Assembly (NCBI RefSeq): GCF_006345805.1
Contig: NW_021823567.1
Location: 1-21,880 of the forward strand
DNA: 21,880 nt
Direction: 5' to 3'
Source: Octopus sinensis
Taxonomy: Eukaryota
A program made the position numbers and the translations under genes. Below, piece after piece: positions 19,763-21,880 of the stretch (within the stretch, counting starts at the first letter, position 1; every line of letters begins with the position of its first letter). Under the pieces are notes generated by a model. It was not told the DNA's origin and made no database searches. It was given only the letters and a program-made list of their open reading frames with translations.

Positions 19763-19865
19763 CTCGAATCTGCCGGGACCAGCATTTCAACCCAGAACGT
19801 AAAGACGGACGAAATGCTGCTAAGTATTACGTCCGACGTGCTAGCGATTCTGCCAGCTCGCCACC
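19763..19865 (-). mobile_element. SINE C head fragment
   Basis: cagaacgtaaagacggacgaaatgc...ttctgccagctcgcc. Confidence 0.7.
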
Positions 19866-20269
19866 CTACTAAGTGAGCCATATCAGTAATCCCTAGCCGA
19901 AGCTTTTATAGAGATGAAACATAAGCATTTGAGTCGAATGTTCAACTTTTGAGGAATCCAGCCACTTAGATGTGTCATACCTCTCAAAGAGCTATTGTAT
20001 GTACAAAGCAATAGCTAGGTGCCATTGGGAACTACACATAAGCGTTTACAGCAGTTCCCCCCTTTTTTTTTTAGCCATTTCTCACTATTCCCCTTTTTAC
20101 TGCCTGACCAGCCTGATCCCCTTCCCGCCATGTTACATATGATAAGAAAAAAGTATAACACTATTTATTGCATAACAACATTCTTAACATTCTCCTTCAC
20201 AGCAGCAGTCGGCAGTCATTAGAGTATCGGATGGAATTAATGTCATCTGGTATTTATTTGTTACGGCCC

Positions 20270-20384
20270 TTTTCATTCTGGGTCCAAGTGCCGCCGAGAT
20301 CGGCTTTGCCTTTCACTCTTACTGGGACGATAAATAAAATATCAGTCAAGTACAGGATTGATAACTCTCTCTCTCTCTCTCCAC

Positions 20385-20415
<31 letters not shown>
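20270..20415 (+). mobile_element. Decayed SINE C fragment followed by (CT)n
   Basis: ccgccgagatcggctttgcctttcac...gataaataaaatatcag. Confidence 0.6.
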
Positions 20416-20419
<4 letters not shown>

Positions 20420-20511
20420 CGGCTGGTTATACTGGTTTGATGAGCTTATTCTGCTGCACTGGCGCGGCATGGCTTGGCAAGAGGTGCAGTTTTAATACTC
20501 TTACTCAGAAG

Positions 20512-21093
20512 TAAAGTCGATTGCATCGACCATAGTGCTCAACTGGTACTTATTTTATCGCCCTCAGAGGGATTAATGGCAAAGTCGACTTGGGCGGAAT
20601 TCGAGGCCGGACGAAATACCTATTTCTTTACTACTCACAAGGGGCTAAACACAGGGGAGACAAACAAGGACAGACAAACGTATTAAGTCGATTATATCGA
20701 GCCCAGTGCGTAACTGGTATTTATTTAATCGGCGAGCTGGCAGAAACGTTAGCACGCCGGGCGAAATGCTTAGCGGTATTTCGTCTGCCGTTACGTTGTG
20801 AGTTCAAATTCCGCCGAGGTCGACTTTGCCTTTCATCCTTTCGGGGTCGATAAATTAAGTATCAGTTACGCACTGGGGTCGATGTAATCGACTTAATACC
20901 TATGTCTGTCCTTGTTTGTCCCCTCTGTGTTTAGCCTCTTGTGGGTAATAAAGAAATAGGTATTTATTTAATCGACCCCGAAAGGATGAAAATCAAAGTC
21001 GACATCGGCGGAATTTGAACTCAGAACATAAAGACAGACGAAATACCGCTTAGCATTTTGCCCGGCGTGTTAATGATATTGCCAGCTCACCGC
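20512..21093 (-). mobile_element. Nested SINE C cluster (minus-strand copies)
   Basis: Old fragment at 20512-20610; second copy split into 20621-20731 and 20975-21093. Confidence 0.8.
20731..20958 (+). mobile_element. Young SINE C inserted antisense into another SINE C
   Basis: 16-bp TSD ggtatttatttaatcg at 20716-20731 and 20959-20974. Confidence 0.92.
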
Positions 21094-21151
21094 TTTGCAA
21101 TTAACATATTAAGGAATATATATCTTGTTAAAAGGGGGCGAATAATGATGA

Positions 21152-21500
21152 AGGGTTTCTGGAGTAACGTTACTCGACAGTTTGCGTAGCTCAGAGATCA
21201 AGATGTCTCTCGGGGTCGAGTCGTTTCTTCTCCGTATTGAAGGGGTCACGGCTCCGGTGTTACGAACATGTGATTAAAATGTTGCAGGAAAGAATCACAA
21301 GACTAATTTTTCAGGCCGAGCAAATGGGCAAGGTTAGGCTAAGGACGAGATAGTTGGATATTCTCTATAATCTCTGTTGGTCATGCTTAAGAATCCAACC
21401 AGAAGTGTAATGAAAGTTACTTCTGATAGGTTCTTATGGAGGAGGTGTTTAAAGGCTCTCCTCCCACGACTCTCCCCCAAGACTCTCCCAGGAATTGTAG
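21152..21500 (+). mobile_element. Decayed 3' fragment of a second RTE-clade LINE (Rex3/Expander-like)
   Basis: Across two frameshifts and a stop: RVSGVTLLDSLRSSEIKMSLGVESFLLRIEG / SRLRCYEHVIKMLQERITRLIFQAEQMGKVRLRTR*LDILYNLCWSCLRIQPE / SVMKVTSDRFLWRRCLKALLPRLS. Confidence 0.8.
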
Positions 21501-21718
21501 GTGGAGAAAATGTGAGGATGAATTTTTTTTTTAATCGAAGACAAATTTCATCAAAAAATCTCCAAATTTCTCATTGGAATCTTGGAATTTTCTTCTAGTT
21601 AAAAACATTTTAGTGTAGATTGATGCACTTTGAAAAGCCATTGACTCCTGACATCAAATATCACCACCAACAACAACAACAATACCATCAACCGCTACTT
21701 ACAATTGGACGTGCTAGA

Positions 21719-21880
21719 AATGGATGGAAGCACTCCGTCGGTTACGACGATGAGGGTTCCGGTTGATCCGACCAACGGAACAGCCTGCTCGTGAAATTAA
21801 CGTGTAAGTGGCTGAGCACCCACGACCACGTGTACCCTTACGTAGTTCTCGGGGATATTCAGCGTGACACAGAGAGTGAC
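21719..21880 (-). mobile_element. SINE B 3' end, cut by the window edge
   Basis: Near-identical to 4733-4895. Confidence 0.93.

Overview
Repeat-saturated, non-genic eukaryotic DNA; I find no credible host exon. The repeat families resemble, from recall, those of Octopus genomes (inference, not a database result). Contents: (i) many copies of three tRNA-headed SINE families, labelled A, B and C here, often nested and several with clean target-site duplications (TSDs); (ii) a complete 2.73-kb non-autonomous Gypsy-type LTR element on the minus strand (10494-13222) with TG..CA ends, an AATC TSD, a tRNA-Trp primer-binding site (PBS), a polypurine tract (PPT) and no recognisable gag/pol, whose two LTRs are a mosaic of substitution-free and strongly diverged blocks; (iii) a hAT deletion derivative keeping the transposase C-terminus; (iv) two different RTE-LINE 3' fragments; (v) a MITE-like foldback; (vi) a perfect 11 x 27-bp minisatellite with an octamer motif in every unit; (vii) a candidate type I hammerhead ribozyme. 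Nearly all ORFs in the supplied track are artefacts of microsatellites and SINEs.
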